Virus record (IMG/VR): IMGVR_UViG_3300036790_000396
Coordinates: 32,001-96,000 of that record
Source: a virus
Length of the DNA: 64,000 bases
Strand: one strand, 5' to 3'
Below are positions 1 to 8,660 of this stretch, in pieces. The first letter of the stretch is position 1; every line of letters starts with the position of its first letter. The position numbers and the translations under genes are program-made. The notes under the pieces are model-generated. The model did no database searches. It was not told the origin of the DNA and saw only the letters and a program-made list of their open reading frames with translations.

Positions 1-1
1 C

Positions 2-355
2 TCCACCGGGACGTTCCCGGTGCTGATCAGCGGCTACCAGTCCCGCCGCGACGGGGCGTCGTCGTCCAGCGGCAACTACGCGGGCCTGCAGGTGGACGCG
101 ACGTGCACGAGCCCCGTCATCGTCGACGGCATGACCTGCTTCCCCGGCTACAACGACCAGGGCACCGGCACCGAGTCACCCGAGTACGGGATCCGGGTGG
201 TGTCCGGCGCGACGTTCGTGCAGGTGACTAACGCCTACCTGCACGCCATCACGGCAGGGGTGAACGGGACGATCACCTGCACCCGCGCGGTCGCGTCCCG
301 TACAGGCCACTGGAACGCCTCCGGCGCGATCACGGTCGCCACGGACGCGTCCTGA
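2..355 (+). CDS. C-terminal fragment of a probable right-handed beta-helix (tailspike/fibre-like) protein, 5' truncated by the window
   Basis: Frame open from position 2 to TGA at 353-355; Gly/Thr/Val/Asn-rich beta-strand pattern (NYAGLQV, YGIRVV, FVQVTNAYL). Fold is inferred. Confidence 0.5.
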   Translation, partial: STGTFPVLISGYQSRRDGASSSSGNYAGLQVDATCTSPVIVDGMTCFPGYNDQGTGTESPEYGIRVVSGATFVQVTNAYLHAITAGVNGTITCTRAVASRTGHWNASGAITVATDAS

Positions 356-358
356 GAT

Positions 359-399
359 GCCGGGAGCCCGGAGAGGACCGTGCTCTCCGGGCTCCCGGC
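359..399. terminator. Bidirectional hairpin terminator between convergent genes
   Basis: Perfect 17-bp stem GCCGGGAGCCCGGAGAG (359-375) / CTCTCCGGGCTCCCGGC (383-399), 7-nt loop. Confidence 0.85.
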
Positions 400-406
400 C
401 TGCACG

Positions 407-2422
407 CTACCTGCTGCGGCCGAGGAACTTCGCTGCCTCGCGGATGTCCGTCGTAGACCGCGCCGGGGGCAGCGCCCGCAGGATATCCCAGCCGTAGCTC
501 TTGATGGACAGCCGCGGGTCCAGGATCGCGACGACGCCCCGGTCGGACTCGTGGCGCAGCAGGCGCCCCATCGCCTGCAGCAGCGGCCACGTCATCATCG
601 GGATGGACAGCTGCCGGAAGGAATTGCCGCCCCGGCTCGTGACGGCCTCCTCGCGGGCCGCGAACTGCAGGTCGGAGGGGACCGGGAAGGGGAGCTTGTC
701 GATGACCACGAGGCGGAGCGCGTCGCCGGGGATGTTGACTCCCTCGAAGAACGTCCGCAGCCCGAAGATGACCCCGTTGCCGCTGCGGCGGAACCGCTCC
801 ACCAGGACCTGCGGTGCCGCGTCGCCCTGCTTCATGATGTCCAGGTCCATCTGCCCGAAGGTCATCTGCAGCGCGCCGTAGGCGGCGTCCATCGCCGAGC
901 GGGAGGTGAACAGCAGGAGCGCGCCGCCGCCGGATTCCCGCACCAGCTCGGACATGGTGGCCTGCGCCCAGCCCTGCCACTCGTTCCGCGTGGATCCCGA
1001 GGGGACGGGGACGTCCGCCCTCGGGATGAACAGGAGCGCCTGGCTCCGGTAGTCGAACGGGCTGCCCGCGTCGAACGCGGTCATCCGGTCCGCGGGAATC
1101 CCGAACGTCCGCGCCGGGTAGGAGAAGTCGGGCTTCCCGGAATGGTCCTTGCCGGCCGCCAGGGTAGCGGACATCAGGATGACCGGGAATTCCTCGGACC
1201 ACACCCTGTCGCGCAGGAACGGGGCCGGGCTGACGGGGATGCTTGCCAGCATCACCTTGGAGTCGTGCTCCTCCACCCAGCGGACGGTGACGTCGTCCGG
1301 GTCGTCGAGGTAGGCGCGCAGCCGGGTGCGCAGGGAGGAGAGGCGGCGCACGATCCGGTCCTTGCGCCGCTGGACGTCCCGGTCAGCGTCGAAGCGCAGG
1401 GACAGCAGGACGTCGGTCACGGAGCCGGCGATGGCCTCGAAGCCGGGGCGCAGCATCGCGTCGCGCATTTCCTGCGGCAGCGGGAGCTGCCGGCTGTCGG
1501 CGCGGCGGCGCTGCTGTTCCTTCTGCCAGCGGGCGAACTCGGTCCCCACCGCCTCCCACAGCTTCTGCCCGTAGTAGCCGAGCCGGACGGCGGCCTCCGC
1601 GTCGGCGCCGTGCTGCATCAGCATCGCCTGCGCGTCGCCGGACAGGCGCGCGATCGTCCCGGCCGAGACCTGGTCCGACAGGGCGGAGCTGATCGCGCTG
1701 TCCAGGTTGTGGGCCTCGTCGAGGACCAGCTGGTCGATGCGGCCGAGCAGGTTCACGGCGCCCCCGGTCTCGGCTTTCAGCTTCAGGTCCGTCGCCAGGT
1801 ACGCGAGGTTGGTGATGATGATGTCGGACTGCGCGGCCTTCTCCTTGGCCTTCTCCACCATGCACTTGCCCTCCCGGCCGAAGGGGCAGTCCTTCGCGCC
1901 GGGGCACTCGCTGGAGGAGATCGACAGCTGGTACCACTCCCGGTCCTCGACCAGCGGGAGGGACTCCCGGCTCGCCACCTCGCCGTCGCTGAGGCCGTCC
2001 ACGACCGCGAGCAGCGCCCGCTGGGCCGCCGACGGGGCTGCCAGGTCCGCGATCCGGCTGGCGCACGGGTAGTTGCTGCGCCCCTTGATCTCGGCGTACG
2101 TGAAGTCCGCTCCGAGGTGCTGCGCCAGGAAGGGGAGATCGGACTCGATGTACTGGCGCTGCAGCATCTTGGTGGCCGTGGCGATGACGGTCTTGCGCCC
2201 GCTCAGGATCGCGGGGATCAGGGCGGCGAAGCTCTTGCCGATGCCGGTCCCGGCCTCGGCGAGGAGGATGCCGCCGCCGCCGAGAGTGTCCTCGATCGCG
2301 GCGGCGAGCGCCTGCTGGCGGGGGCGCACCTGGTAGGCATCCAGCGCCCCGGCGAGCTGCCGCTCGGCATCGGCGAAGGTGAGCATTTCCAGGAGGCTGT
2401 CTGCCGGGTCTGCCGTGTTCAT
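407..2422 (-). CDS. dinG: DinG/YoaA-family ATP-dependent DNA helicase with Fe-S cysteines
   Basis: EAGTGIGKS, DEAH, MSATL, FFEGVNIPGD..LVVIDKLPFP, QAMGRLLRHESDRG; Cys cluster NYPC...ECPGAKDCPF...KC; ATG at 2422 with GAGGGAG RBS. Confidence 0.92.
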   Translation of the reverse strand: MNTADPADSLLEMLTFADAERQLAGALDAYQVRPRQQALAAAIEDTLGGGGILLAEAGTGIGKSFAALIPAILSGRKTVIATATKMLQRQYIESDLPFLAQHLGADFTYAEIKGRSNYPCASRIADLAAPSAAQRALLAVVDGLSDGEVASRESLPLVEDREWYQLSISSSECPGAKDCPFGREGKCMVEKAKEKAAQSDIIITNLAYLATDLKLKAETGGAVNLLGRIDQLVLDEAHNLDSAISSALSDQVSAGTIARLSGDAQAMLMQHGADAEAAVRLGYYGQKLWEAVGTEFARWQKEQQRRRADSRQLPLPQEMRDAMLRPGFEAIAGSVTDVLLSLRFDADRDVQRRKDRIVRRLSSLRTRLRAYLDDPDDVTVRWVEEHDSKVMLASIPVSPAPFLRDRVWSEEFPVILMSATLAAGKDHSGKPDFSYPARTFGIPADRMTAFDAGSPFDYRSQALLFIPRADVPVPSGSTRNEWQGWAQATMSELVRESGGGALLLFTSRSAMDAAYGALQMTFGQMDLDIMKQGDAAPQVLVERFRRSGNGVIFGLRTFFEGVNIPGDALRLVVIDKLPFPVPSDLQFAAREEAVTSRGGNSFRQLSIPMMTWPLLQAMGRLLRHESDRGVVAILDPRLSIKSYGWDILRALPPARSTTDIREAAKFLGRSR

Positions 2423-2460
2423 CGTGCTCCCTCTCATCGGGCGATTCATTGCTCTGATAA

Positions 2461-2478
2461 TATCAAGGATTATTGTGA
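2461..2478. promoter_or_regulatory. 18-bp inverted-repeat operator/promoter element, TATCAA-ggatta-TTGTGA
   Basis: Between the divergent dinG and SNF2 genes; minus strand reads TGaTATTAT (extended -10). Confidence 0.7.
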
Positions 2479-4037
2479 TGATGCAAGCGGAAATACCGGA
2501 ATCACGGCCCCTGTACCATCCGCCGTGGCACGTCCCCTACCAGCTCGACCTCGCCGCCCGTGCCGAGGCCCTCAGGCGCTGCGCCCTGATCGCCGATCCC
2601 GGTACCGGGAAGACCAGTGTCGCGTTCGCCGTCGCCTGCTACTGCATCGGCACCGGCGAACGCGACATCCTGCTCGTCGTCTGCGAGAAGGCGAAGCTGC
2701 CCGACTGGAAGGAGGAAGCAGCTAAATTTACCGACCTGGGCCCCGTGCTGGCCTACGCCGGAACGGGCCGGGACGCGAAGCTCGCCGCCTCCGGTGCCCA
2801 GGTGGTGATCACCTCGTGGGAGACCGCACGGGAGAGCCTCGTCCGCAGGGTACCCGGGAAAAAGCGCACGCTGGAGAACGGCCCGCTGCTGGACTGGCTG
2901 GCCGCCCGCAGGCCCGTCGTCGTCTGGGACGAGGCGTCGGCCAAGCTGAAGAACCGCTCCAGCGCCCTCTACAAGGCTCATGCCCGCAGCGTGAAGGTAC
3001 TCGGCGCCGACCCCGGGCTGCGGCTGCTCGCGCTCACCGGGACGCCGCTGGAGCGCGACTACGAGACCGCCTACAATATGCTGCGCCTCACCGGCCCTGA
3101 CGGCTACATGCCGCTGGTGAAGGAGTTCGACGGGTTCATCCAGTACCGCGACGACTACGGGCGCCCGAAATTCCGCAGGGAACTCATGCCGGAGTTCGCC
3201 GCCCGCGCGGCCCCGAGGATCCTGCGCAAGCGCAAGACCGATCCTGACGTCCGTGACCAGTTCCCGCCCAAGACCGAGATCTTCGAGACGGTCGAGATGC
3301 ATTCCGACCAGATGCAGCTTTACCGCAAGTGCGAAGACCTCGCATGGAAGAACGGCGTGCCCCAGCAGGTTCCCGGCCTCTTCCTGGTCCTGCGGATGCT
3401 CGCCGGCCATCCCGCTGCCGTCCTGCGGGGGAAGTCTGCCCTGTCCCGGATCATGGCCGAGGAGATCGGGCCGCTGCTGCGCGGCTCCTCCTCGGCCAAG
3501 ACCGAGTTCCTGGTTTCCTACCTCACCCAGTCCCTGGACTGCGACCTCAAGTCGGTCGTGTTCACGTTCTTCGGCCAGACCGTCCTCCCGGTTCTCGCGG
3601 AGGAACTGCGCAGGAACGGGATGCCCGTGTTCGCCGTCCACGGGGGGATGAGCGCCGCTGACCAGCACGAGGAGCGGCAGCAGTTCCGGCGGGCAGACGG
3701 GGGTGCCGTGCTAGTCTCGTCCGATGCCGGGTCCCGCGGCGTGAACCTGCCCGAGGCCGCCTCCGTGACCGAGTACGAGTCCGGGCTGTCCAGCGCGGTG
3801 CGCACGCAGCGGTTCGACCGGGCCCACCGCCTGGGCCGCGGCGAGATTCCCCTCACCTGCCTCACCCTGGCCCTGGAGGGCACCTGCGAGATCCCTCTCC
3901 TGTCCAGTGCCCTCGACCGCAACGCCCAGCAGGATGTTCTCCTGGGCGATGATTCCGATGAGGCCCGCGCGGACGGCCTCGTCACCGCCGAGACAAGGAA
4001 GTGGCTGTTCAGTTGTTCGAGGAAGCGCCCGCGGTGA
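2478..4037 (+). CDS. SNF2-family SF2 helicase
   Basis: ADPGTGKT, WDEAS, LALTGTP, SSDAGSRGVNL, QRFDRAHRLG; start at ATG 2478 or 2481. Confidence 0.88.
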   Translation: MMQAEIPESRPLYHPPWHVPYQLDLAARAEALRRCALIADPGTGKTSVAFAVACYCIGTGERDILLVVCEKAKLPDWKEEAAKFTDLGPVLAYAGTGRDAKLAASGAQVVITSWETARESLVRRVPGKKRTLENGPLLDWLAARRPVVVWDEASAKLKNRSSALYKAHARSVKVLGADPGLRLLALTGTPLERDYETAYNMLRLTGPDGYMPLVKEFDGFIQYRDDYGRPKFRRELMPEFAARAAPRILRKRKTDPDVRDQFPPKTEIFETVEMHSDQMQLYRKCEDLAWKNGVPQQVPGLFLVLRMLAGHPAAVLRGKSALSRIMAEEIGPLLRGSSSAKTEFLVSYLTQSLDCDLKSVVFTFFGQTVLPVLAEELRRNGMPVFAVHGGMSAADQHEERQQFRRADGGAVLVSSDAGSRGVNLPEAASVTEYESGLSSAVRTQRFDRAHRLGRGEIPLTCLTLALEGTCEIPLLSSALDRNAQQDVLLGDDSDEARADGLVTAETRKWLFSCSRKRPR

Positions 4038-4300
4038 TCGGGTACGAGCGCCTGAAGAACCTGGTGGACATCGGCCTGGTCCGCTATGACGGAGGACAGC
4101 CGGTAATGCTTGCCAGCACCGAGGCAATCGACACCCTGAAGGCCGTCTGCGCCGTTCCCGGCCCGGAGTGCGTGCCGGCTGCCGCCGCCCTGACCGGCGT
4201 GCCTGTCATCGCCGACGCGACGCTCCCGTCCGGTGCGTGGAAGATCAAGCGCGGCGACCGCACGGTCCTGGAAGGGAATGTCCTCGGCTCGGAAGGATAG
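4034..4300 (+). CDS. hypothetical protein
   Basis: GTGA overlap with the upstream stop; normal codon bias. Confidence 0.65.
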   Translation: MIGYERLKNLVDIGLVRYDGGQPVMLASTEAIDTLKAVCAVPGPECVPAAAALTGVPVIADATLPSGAWKIKRGDRTVLEGNVLGSEG

Positions 4301-4327
4301 AGACCTGCAGTCCACTGAGGGAGTCCC

Positions 4328-4672
4328 GTGCGGATCAGCGGCAAGTTCGAGGAGCGCTTCCTGGAGGCGCTCAGGTCCCTGGCGAGCGAGAGGCAGCTCG
4401 CCGAGATCGATCACGAGTGCACTGCGGTGCAGTACCCGGTGCAGCAGCCCGACGGCACGATGTCCGCTGCCCTGGGCATCTCCGTCACCCTGGCCTGCCC
4501 GTCCGGCGTGATCGGCGACTGGGTGATGGTCACCGGCCTGTTCGAGGACCCGTACGGCACCCCCGAGTCGCTGAAGGCGAAGACGGGCATCCTCATCCAG
4601 GGCCTCTACCGCCAGCGCGCCGCGGCCCTGGCCCAGGGCGACGGCGGCCTGCTCATCCCGCAGGGTGCCTGA
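4328..4672 (+). CDS. hypothetical protein
   Basis: GGGAG RBS; TGATG coupling to the next gene. Confidence 0.7.
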   Translation: MRISGKFEERFLEALRSLASERQLAEIDHECTAVQYPVQQPDGTMSAALGISVTLACPSGVIGDWVMVTGLFEDPYGTPESLKAKTGILIQGLYRQRAAALAQGDGGLLIPQGA

Positions 4673-5523
4673 TGGCGACCGCGACCGTCCTGGGCTACGA
4701 CGCCACCACCTACAACGAGTCCCGGCTCCCGAAGGGGCAGGCCGCGGGCTACGACACGGGCAGCGGGATCGCCTGGACGGGCGCCCAGTGGGCTGCTCAC
4801 CCCGGCGCGCTGCACATCGACCAGGAGCCGTACGGCACTGACGCCACCGCCGACTACTTCGACGTGGAGAACGGCGCCGGGAGGATCAGCGATGTCGCCT
4901 CCTGGGCGGAGAAGGCGCTCGCCGCCTTCAGGGCCGGGAAGCGCCCCGGCCAGCGCTCGCCCGCTGTTTACTGCTCTGCGTCGAACGTCACCCCGGTCGC
5001 CAACGCCCTCGTCGCCGGCCGAGTCAAGTCCGGCGTGGGGCTCGTCGTCGCGAACTGGAACCTGAGCCAGGCCCAGGCGCAGGCCGAGGTGGCAGCCGGG
5101 TCCGGGCCCTACCCGGTCGTGGGCGTCCAGTTCCACGACGCGGGGCTGTACGACATCAACGTGTTCTCCGTGAACTGGCTGAATACCGTGTCTGAGGGGC
5201 CGCAGGCCCAGAACCTCTGGACGTACCCGGCCCCGTCCGGGCTGAAGGTCACTAAGATCACCGGTGACGGCTACGACCTCGCGTGGGACGCGGTGAAGGG
5301 GCCGAAGGGGCAGGCGCCCTCCGGCTACACGGTGCAGACCTTCCTGATCGGCACGCGCAGCGCCACCCAGGTCAACGAGCACACCTGCACGGGCACGTCC
5401 ACGTCCGAGTACGGGAAGGCCGGCAGCGGGCTGCCCGCAGGGGAGTACGCCTCGCACGTGTGGGGCAATGACGCGCCGGCTGCTCCCCCTCACGCCTCTG
5501 TCACCCTCACCCTGAGCAAGTAG
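4672..5523 (+). CDS. Probable endolysin: GH25-like muramidase plus C-terminal FN3-like domain
   Basis: N-terminal GYD, catalytic-type DVE (DYFDVENG), AVYCS, VGVQF...DINVF; C-terminal PAPSGLKV...LAWDAV...GYTV FN3 pattern. Confidence 0.65.
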   Translation: MATATVLGYDATTYNESRLPKGQAAGYDTGSGIAWTGAQWAAHPGALHIDQEPYGTDATADYFDVENGAGRISDVASWAEKALAAFRAGKRPGQRSPAVYCSASNVTPVANALVAGRVKSGVGLVVANWNLSQAQAQAEVAAGSGPYPVVGVQFHDAGLYDINVFSVNWLNTVSEGPQAQNLWTYPAPSGLKVTKITGDGYDLAWDAVKGPKGQAPSGYTVQTFLIGTRSATQVNEHTCTGTSTSEYGKAGSGLPAGEYASHVWGNDAPAAPPHASVTLTLSK

Positions 5524-5530
5524 GAGAGCC

Positions 5531-5764
5531 ATGAGCGTTACCTGGCCCGAGGATTACGGCGACGGGCAGCCGGCTGCGCTCGACTACCGGCCGGCGGACA
5601 CGACCCTCGTGCAGGCTGGCCACGACCTGGGCGAGCAGGCCGAGTGCGTGCTCGGCAGCGGCAGCAACTTCGCCTCCGGCACCAGCAGCACGGGCATGGT
5701 CGATACCTCCTACCTGCCGACGGAGGCGCAGATCCTGCACCAGACGACGACAGGCATGTACTGA
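5531..5764 (+). CDS. hypothetical protein
   Basis: AGGAG RBS, 77 aa, acidic. Confidence 0.7.
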   Translation: MSVTWPEDYGDGQPAALDYRPADTTLVQAGHDLGEQAECVLGSGSNFASGTSSTGMVDTSYLPTEAQILHQTTTGMY

Positions 5765-6045
5765 TGGCCCGCGAGATCATCATCGCCCCGTCGGCGAAGG
5801 CGCCTCCCGCTGCGGTGGCCGACGGGGACGAGTACGGCGAGCCGGGAGGGCCCTGGGAACCGTCGGAGGTGACGGTCCCGGCCGTGACGGACGGCCAGTA
5901 CGAGTTAGGAGCTGACTTCCCGCGTCGCCCCGCACTGGCACACTTCCACGCGGATCCTCTTGCCCTGGGCGTTCGTGTACTCGCGGCTCGGGCGCCACTG
6001 GTGCGTGTGGTTCTCATCGGGCATGATTTCCTCCAGGTGGTTTAA
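5764..6045 (+). CDS. hypothetical protein (3' half overlaps an antisense small ORF)
   Basis: TGATG coupling with the upstream gene; only the N-terminal half looks protein-like. Confidence 0.4.
   Translation: MAREIIIAPSAKAPPAAVADGDEYGEPGGPWEPSEVTVPAVTDGQYELGADFPRRPALAHFHADPLALGVRVLAARAPLVRVVLIGHDFLQVV
5905..6024 (-). CDS. 39-aa His/Cys microprotein, not in the ORF track
   Basis: GGAGG RBS; MPDENHTHQWRPSREYTNAQGKRIRVEVCQCGATREVSS*; lies just downstream of the 6048 element. Confidence 0.65.
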   Translation of the reverse strand: MPDENHTHQWRPSREYTNAQGKRIRVEVCQCGATREVSS

Positions 6046-6047
6046 AA

Positions 6048-6069
6048 TACCAAGGTTTATTGGTATAGT
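6048..6069. promoter_or_regulatory. Perfect inverted-repeat element TACCAA-ggttta-TTGGTA overlapping extended -10 TGgTATAGT
   Basis: Seen directly; divergent junction at the head of the replication operon. Confidence 0.8.
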
Positions 6070-6104
6070 GGAGTCATCAGCCTACACCAACCCGAGGAGA
6101 TCCG

Positions 6105-6839
6105 ATGACTGCCGAACTCAGCCCCGTCATCAGGGACGCAATCGCCTTCCTGCGCCGCAAGCCGGAGGCGACGCTTGACGAGCTGGCCGAGCAGGTCTAC
6201 CCGGCCCCGGCTCCGGCCCCGGCGGCTGAGGCCGTCCCCTTCCCGGCGCTCCCGGAAGCGAAGGCGCTCGGGGACGCTCAGCAGGATGCCCTGCACGAGC
6301 TGCCGCGCGTCTTCGGCCTCGTCGCCATGAAGGAGCGCCGCGAGCTGAGCCGCGCGGAGCTGAGGGCGCTGGAGCACGAGACCGAGATCCTGAAGACGAT
6401 CAAGACGATGGCCGCTGCCCGCGAGGAGGCCGTCAAGACCCTCGTCCGCACCTCGATCGACGTGCAGGCCGAGCGCGAGGGCATCGCCTTCCCGGCCGAC
6501 ACCCCCGGGCACGCCGCCACGCCGCGCGACCAGCACGGCCACTACCTGCTCGCCGCGCAGGGCGAGCCCTACAAGCTCCGCGCGGAGAGCCACGAGTGGT
6601 CCCAGCAGTACACCTCCGGCAGGGCCCTCCCCGTGGAGGGGACGCTCGGCGACCTGGCCGAGAAGGGGGAGATCGAGCGCGAGGAGTACCTCGCCTTCAC
6701 CGAGGCGAAGCGCGTCTTCTCCCGCGAGAAGGCCCTCCGGTTCATCGCGAGGAACCCGGCCCGCGGCATGGCGATCCTGCGCTCGATCACGACGCGCACC
6801 GCCCCCGGGTCCACGCTCACTTTCCGCAAGGCCAAGTAA
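6105..6839 (+). CDS. hypothetical protein
   Basis: AGGAG RBS; strong GC3 bias; 244 aa. Confidence 0.8.
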   Translation: MTAELSPVIRDAIAFLRRKPEATLDELAEQVYPAPAPAPAAEAVPFPALPEAKALGDAQQDALHELPRVFGLVAMKERRELSRAELRALEHETEILKTIKTMAAAREEAVKTLVRTSIDVQAEREGIAFPADTPGHAATPRDQHGHYLLAAQGEPYKLRAESHEWSQQYTSGRALPVEGTLGDLAEKGEIEREEYLAFTEAKRVFSREKALRFIARNPARGMAILRSITTRTAPGSTLTFRKAK

Positions 6840-6854
6840 GGTATCAATAATCTC

Positions 6855-7307
6855 ATGAATGACATCAGCAGGGCGGCGCCCGGGTTCATCCCCCTGGCGC
6901 CGCCTTCCGGGCGTTTCTGGCTGCACGCCGAGGACTTCAGGCGCGGCCGGGACGGCAAGATCAAGCCCTCGTTCTCCACCTCCGTGGTGGCGACGGCGTT
7001 CTTCGGCCGCAGCGCGGCCTGGATGCGCAAGGCGATGCGCCCCGACGCCGACCGCCCCGCCGGCAGCCTCATCCTCGACGGCAGGCCGTTCTCCGTGGCG
7101 CGGTCCGAGGCCGATGACCGCAAGTTCAGCCTCGTCGACATCGAGCGCGTGGCGCACGCGCTGCGGCAGCAGGACGTCATCGACGACGCGCGCCTCGCGG
7201 CGGCGGTCGCCTCCGTGGTGTCCTGCGCGGTCAGCTACAAGATCATCCCGGCCCCGTGGCCCGCGGAGCGCGCTCCCGCGAGCGCAGAGGCCTCCCCGGA
7301 TGAGTGA
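6855..7307 (+). CDS. Putative MerR-like winged-HTH DNA-binding protein
   Basis: FSTSVVATAFFGRSAAWMR...RSEADDRKFSLVDIE matches the MerR helix-turn-helix plus wing pattern. Confidence 0.55.
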   Translation: MNDISRAAPGFIPLAPPSGRFWLHAEDFRRGRDGKIKPSFSTSVVATAFFGRSAAWMRKAMRPDADRPAGSLILDGRPFSVARSEADDRKFSLVDIERVAHALRQQDVIDDARLAAAVASVVSCAVSYKIIPAPWPAERAPASAEASPDE

Positions 7308-8244
7308 GGGGGCAGAGGAGCACGTCGTCCTCATCGACGGCACCGGGCTGCTGGTGCGCTGCCTGCGGGCCGCACGGCATGCACCCCGCCTCTCCTACGA
7401 GGAAGCGGACACGACGGTCCTGACATTCTTCGCCGGCTCGCTGACGGCCGCCCTGGGCGACCTGGCCCCCACGCATGCCGTGACGTGCTGGGACGGCCCG
7501 AAGTTCATGACATGGCGCCGTGACGTGTGGCCGGAGTACAAGCCCCCGCGCAGCGGCTTCCTCGCCCCGGCCGCCATTTCCCCCGACGAGTCCCTGTGCC
7601 GGAGCTTCTGCGGGGAAGGCGGCCTCACGGTCAGCGAGAGCCTCCGCTTCGAGGGCGACGACCTGATCGCCGCCTGGTGGCGCCGGGCCCGCAGGGCAAT
7701 GCCGGAGGCACGGGTCACGATCCTCACTGCCGACCGGGACCTGTTCCAGCTGTGCGACGAGCGCACGGCAGTCCGCGACCTTGGAACGAAAGACCCCCAG
7801 GTCACCACGGAGCAGGACGTCCGGGACCACTGGGGGTGCGAGCCGCGGCGGCTGCCGCTGCTGCGCGCCCTCGCCGGCGACCCCGCAGACGGGATCCCCG
7901 GCGTCCGGGGCATCGGCGAGACAGGGGCCGTCAAGCTGGCAGCGGCTCATACGGGCGACGATGCCGCCCTGCTGGCCGGGATCATCGAGCAGCACGAGCG
8001 CCGTTACCCCGGTGACGAGAGCGCGAAGATGGCCGCGGTGTGGCGGGACCTGATGGACCTGCGCGAGCCCGCCCAGCGCCCGTGGGATGATGACGGGGAC
8101 GCGCCGCTGCTCTCCGCGGCGCGATGGGATCCCTCACGCCACGCCCGGCAGCTGGATGCCTTTCTCGCGGCCTTCGGCCTGAAGCGCCTGCGGGAACGCC
8201 TGTCGCGCGGGGATCTCCCGTGGCCTTCCCCGCCTCCTGACTAG
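7300..8244 (+). CDS. 5'-3' exonuclease / flap endonuclease (Pol I N-terminal-like)
   Basis: LIDG, CWDG..WRR..PEYK, EGDDLIA, TADRDLFQL, AGDPADGIPGVRGIG (H3TH motif). Confidence 0.9.
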   Translation: MSEGAEEHVVLIDGTGLLVRCLRAARHAPRLSYEEADTTVLTFFAGSLTAALGDLAPTHAVTCWDGPKFMTWRRDVWPEYKPPRSGFLAPAAISPDESLCRSFCGEGGLTVSESLRFEGDDLIAAWWRRARRAMPEARVTILTADRDLFQLCDERTAVRDLGTKDPQVTTEQDVRDHWGCEPRRLPLLRALAGDPADGIPGVRGIGETGAVKLAAAHTGDDAALLAGIIEQHERRYPGDESAKMAAVWRDLMDLREPAQRPWDDDGDAPLLSAARWDPSRHARQLDAFLAAFGLKRLRERLSRGDLPWPSPPPD

Positions 8245-8260
8245 CATTTATTGATATAAC
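8239..8260 (+). promoter_or_regulatory. Degenerate operator copy GACTAG-cattta-TTGATA with TGaTATAAC
   Basis: Right half-site and spacer match the consensus; upstream of the primase unit. Confidence 0.55.
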
Positions 8261-8372
8261 AAGGATGCTTGACCGGCAGCGCGGCCCGTCTTACGCTGCC
8301 GGATAGAGTTCCTCATCCCGGCGCCCTGCCTTCCCTGCGGCAGGGCATCCCTTCGTCACGCCAGGAGGAAGC

Positions 8373-8660
8373 ATGGCCACGCCTATGCCCGAGTGCCTTC
8401 TCAGGACGGGGGACGTGCTCGCGTACGTCACCGCGTCACTGTCATCCCGCTGGGGAGCCCAGCTTCCCGGCCCGGACCCGGAGAAGGTCATCGGGGAGTT
8501 CTGCGAGCGGTTCGGTCCCGACAAGGCGATGATCATCGCCCGTGCCGCGTTCGAGGACCACGGCGGCCTGTGGCAGGGAGCGCCTGTCACCATCCGCCGT
8601 TTCACCGAGGCCCATGACGGTTTCTTCGCCATCCCGCTGCTGTCCGGAGGCCATCTCTAA
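8373..8660 (+). CDS. hypothetical protein
   Basis: AGGAGG RBS, 95 aa. Confidence 0.75.
   Translation: MATPMPECLLRTGDVLAYVTASLSSRWGAQLPGPDPEKVIGEFCERFGPDKAMIIARAAFEDHGGLWQGAPVTIRRFTEAHDGFFAIPLLSGGHL

Noticed and set aside
380-2725. 781-aa plus-strand ORF, and similar long antisense ORFs (36602-39460, 47071-49086, 44997-46544, 26344-27843, 62842-63981)
   Set aside because: Shadow frames of well-supported genes on the opposite strand; high GC3 suppresses stop codons; no motifs
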